64,000 nt of DNA from Octopus sinensis (Eukaryota): the NCBI RefSeq assembly GCF_006345805.1, contig NC_043009.1:66774001-66838000 (forward strand), in the 5' to 3' direction. Of this stretch, positions 62,511 through 64,000 are shown one piece after another. Numbering within the stretch: position 1 is the first letter of the stretch; each line of letters starts with the position of its first letter. Both the position numbers and the translations under genes were made by a program. Below the pieces are notes generated by a model. The model saw only the letters and a program-made list of their open reading frames with translations, had not been told where the DNA came from and did not search any database.

Positions 62511-62644
62511 GTGGCTGTGTGGTGAGTAGCTTGCTTACCAATCACATAGTTCCAGGTTCAATCCCGCTGCGTGGCATCTTGGGCAAGTGTCTTCTGCTAT
62601 AGCCTCGGGCCGAAACTGAAAGAAGCCCGTCGTATATATGTATA

Positions 62645-62692
<48 letters not shown>

Positions 62693-62911
62693 TGTATCTG
62701 TGTTTGTCCCCCCCCCCCACATCGCTTGACAAACAACCAATGCTGGTGTGTTTACGTCCCCGTAACGTAGCGGTTCGGCAAAAGGTGCCCGATAGAATAC
62801 GTACTAGGCTTACAAAGAATAAGTCCTGGGGTTGCTTTGCTCGACCAAAGGCGGTGCTCCAGCATGGCCACAGTCAAATGACTGAAACAAGTGAAAGAGA
62901 GTAAAAAGAGT
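62511..62911 (+). mobile_element. Family A SINE (internal ~35-bp deletion)
   Basis: Matches 26998-27410 but jumps from GGGCCGA to AACTGAAAG. Confidence 0.95.
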
Positions 62912-63228
62912 AATATCATTAAATATCAAATGATTCATAATATATATAAATTAGTAAAGTATAAAATATTTATTTATACATAAAAATAGGGGTGGGGGCG
63001 CTGAGGGTATTATGTGGCCATGAGGAGAGCGGTGACCCAAAATGTTTGAGAACCTCTGATAAAATGATCCATCGACAAAGCCGCATAGATGAAAGCAACT
63101 AGTGATGAAAGCAACCTACTTGCTTTGCCTGCGAGGAATAGCAGTCAAACTTATTCATGTCACTCTCCACTGTCTTAAAAAAGTAGAACGTGAATGTGGT
63201 TAATAATATTCCTGTATATACTATGCCT

Positions 63229-63637
63229 GTGGCTGTGTGGTAAGTAGCTTGTTTACCAACCACATGGTTCCGGGTTCAGTCCCACTGCGTGGCACCTTGA
63301 GCAAGTGTCTTCTACTATAGCCTCGGGCCGACCAAAGCCTTGTGAGTGGATTTGGTAGATGGAAACTGAAAGAAGCCCGTCGTATATATGTATATATATA
63401 TATATGCGTGTGTGTGTTTGTGTGTCTGTGTTTGTCCCCCTAGCATTGCTTGACAACCGATGCTGGTGTGTTTATGTCCCCGTTACTTGGCGGTTCGGCA
63501 AAAGAGACCGATTGAATAAGTACTGGGCTTACAAAAGAATAAGTCCCGGGGTCGAGTTGCTCGATTAAAGGCGGTGCTCCAGCATGGCCGCAGTCAAATG
63601 ACTGAAAAAAGTAAAAGAGTAAAAAGAGTAAAAGAGT
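63229..63637 (+). mobile_element. Family A SINE, full length
   Basis: Near-consensus copy. Confidence 0.95.
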
Positions 63638-63785
63638 ATCATAGCGAAAATGTCTTTGGTCTGTAACTCTACTCGATCAGACATGACCCAGGGTTAATAT
63701 AAACACCGACTTAACCAAAATACTTTTCGTCTTCAAGGTATATGAATGCAGAGAAACATTGAGAGAGTTTTTTGCAATGGTATAT

Positions 63786-64000
63786 TCTTTTCTACTCTAA
63801 GCACAACGCCCGAAATTTTAGGGGAGGCGGGGCCAGTCGATTAGATCGACCCCATTACGCAACTGGTACTTAATTTATCGACCCCAAAAGGATGAAAGGC
63901 AAAGTCGACCTCGGCGGAATTTGAACTCAGAACGTAAAAACAGACGAAATACCTATTTCTATTTCTTTGCTACCCACAAGGGGCAAACAAGGACAGACAA
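63786..64000 (-). mobile_element. Family B dimeric SINE, cut by the window edge
   Basis: Same second unit and junction (GACGAAATACCTATTTCT...ACCCACAAGGGG) as 3586-3983. Confidence 0.9.

Larger units (their letters stand above)
62240..63058. mobile_element. hAT-type MITE hosting two younger insertions
   Basis: Ends CATAGCCTCTCAAA (62240) and TTTGAGAACCTCTG (63058; reverse complement CAGAGGTTCTCAAA, 11/14 match); ATAAAAT directly flanks both ends. Confidence 0.6.

Overview
Repeat-saturated, AT-rich animal genomic DNA (intronic or intergenic). The SINE families and microsatellite density point to an octopod cephalopod (inference). No host protein-coding gene can be supported, and nearly all listed ORFs are translations of microsatellites. 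The window holds about 35 tRNA-derived SINE copies from five head/body families, 5'-truncated LINE fragments (CR1, R4/Dong, RTE), a broken Penelope-like element (PLE; RT + GIY-YIG), a full-length dead mariner, a duplicated Tc1 left end, a hAT-type MITE and a 3.5 kb purine-rich 69-bp satellite with internal inversions. Main result of the hunt: I read 11 type I hammerhead ribozyme (HHR) motifs of PLE style by eye. Three have a fully canonical core (54689-54784, 41131-41174, 41808-41851), two are near-canonical (42415-42466, 51722-51839) and six are degenerate. Several sit in short islands inside microsatellites, three are tied to fold-back inverted repeats, some have greatly extended stem II, and two lie in a 677-bp head-to-tail duplication with retrozyme-like geometry. 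Activity and expression are untested. Irregular (TA)n tracts suggest long-read indel noise, so single-base defects and the duplication need read-level checks.
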